NCBI GenBank assembly: GCA_038826135.1
Contig: JAWBON010000064.1
Coordinates: 1-6,670 of the forward strand
Source: Candidatus Odinarchaeota archaeon
GTDB lineage: Archaea > Asgardarchaeota > Odinarchaeia > Odinarchaeales > Odinarchaeaceae
Direction: 5' to 3'
Length of the DNA: 6,670 bases
A program made the position numbers and the translations under genes. This document shows, piece after piece, positions 5,904 through 6,670 of this stretch. The notes under the pieces are model-generated. The model was given only the letters and a program-made list of their open reading frames with translations, searched no databases and was not told the DNA's origin. The stretch's first letter is position 1. Each line of letters begins with the position of its first letter.

Positions 5904-6218
5904 TTATCGGTAAACTCTTTCATAATAGCCCCAATCTTTTTTCGAACCTAGTGAACGTATTCCATTAGTTTTTATCTGCTGTCTGAGATCGTCAGCTACC
6001 TGTTTTTCAAGTTCACCGCGCTTCTCAAGATAGTCTATAATCTCTAGGCCTTGCTCATCCGTGTCACAGCGTCTGAGAAAACTGAAAACATCAGGGTTAA
6101 AAAGCTCATCTCTCACCTGTTCACTCCATCTTACACCGCCCACTGAGTAAACAGCTTCACTTGATTCAACTTCCTGGAATAGTTTAGGAAACTTTTTTTT
6201 AAAATACTCTTCATCCAA
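5904..6218 (-). CDS. DUF2095-family archaeal protein of unknown function
   Basis: FKKKFPKL, NPDVFSFLRRC, EIIDYLEKRGEL and GSKKDWGYY resemble DUF2095. TTG start with a GGTG SD. Confidence 0.8.
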   Translation of the reverse strand: MDEEYFKKKFPKLFQEVESSEAVYSVGGVRWSEQVRDELFNPDVFSFLRRCDTDEQGLEIIDYLEKRGELEKQVADDLRQQIKTNGIRSLGSKKDWGYYERVYR

Positions 6219-6345
6219 ACAGAGACACCGCCGCGCATAATATTTTGAAATAACAGATGGAGTTGTCTAATAATCGTAGACGGAATCTAAAATATAATAT
6301 TATCTATTTTATCTAAGTGTTTTGACGGCTATTATAGGCGGCCGA

Positions 6346-6670
6346 CTATATTTTTATAAATTTCCACGGTAGATTATTTTCATCCATCTCTTTTAGAAAT
6401 TCCCCCTCTTCAAAACGATGTTTTTCAACCGCTTTTCTCCAAGCCAGCCATGTACCCCCGTATTTTACAGCTGTTTCAATAACGTCACCCACGCTCTGAT
6501 CCCCTCTTGACAAGATTGTTTGAATTACAGCGGTTTTAACATCGTAACATTTAACGTTATAGCCTTCTCTTCTAAGATTTTTTAAAAGAATTTGTTCACG
6601 TTTAATCAATTCTTTAATAGGCATCTGAGCCTTACACTGGAATGGGGTGTGAGGCTTAGGTATGAATGGA
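6346..6670 (-). CDS. Radical SAM protein (TIGR03960/YgiQ-like), C-terminal fragment; the 5' part lies outside the window
   Basis: The frame stays open past the track's Met (6624) to the edge: PFIPKPHTPFQCKAQMPIK. PFIPKPHTPFQ, QTILSRGD and terminal LPW are typical of this group. The CxxxCxxC motif is not in the window. Confidence 0.8.
   Translation of the reverse strand, partial: PFIPKPHTPFQCKAQMPIKELIKREQILLKNLRREGYNVKCYDVKTAVIQTILSRGDQSVGDVIETAVKYGGTWLAWRKAVEKHRFEEGEFLKEMDENNLPWKFIKI

Noticed and set aside
6309-6317. CTTAGATAA (minus strand), matching one arm of the 2833-2858 dyad
   Set aside because: AT-rich half-site only, with no second arm.
1-6670. CRISPR array, IS/MITE, integrase or defence genes
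   Set aside because: No regularly spaced repeats, terminal inverted repeats with target duplications, or transposase/nuclease motifs were seen.

Overview
AT-rich archaeal housekeeping window. The lineage cannot be fixed from sequence alone; it looks TACK/Asgard-like. The left half (minus strand) is the conserved archaeal proteasome/RNase P/exosome superoperon: rpl15e, DUF54 RNA-binding protein, rnp3 (Rpp30), rnp2 (Pop5), psmA and the 5' end of SBDS. Upstream lies a short D-2-hydroxyacid (SerA-like) dehydrogenase, divergent from an archaeal YchF/Obg-family NTPase. A DUF2095 gene and the 3' end of a radical SAM gene converge on ychF. No mobile element, CRISPR array, tRNA or rRNA was seen. The signals not explained by proteins are non-coding. 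(1) A candidate box C/D guide sRNA (1228-1295, minus) sits in an unusually long rnp2-psmA gap; its D' guide would place the +5 position on the LSU P-loop G2251 equivalent, and a downstream 11-bp inverted repeat can mask its C' box. (2) A hairpin with an asymmetric internal loop in the rpl15e 5' UTR resembles an rRNA H15/Kt-15-type site. (3) A palindrome overlaps an internal promoter in front of DUF54. All three are sequence-level hypotheses that need computation or experiment.
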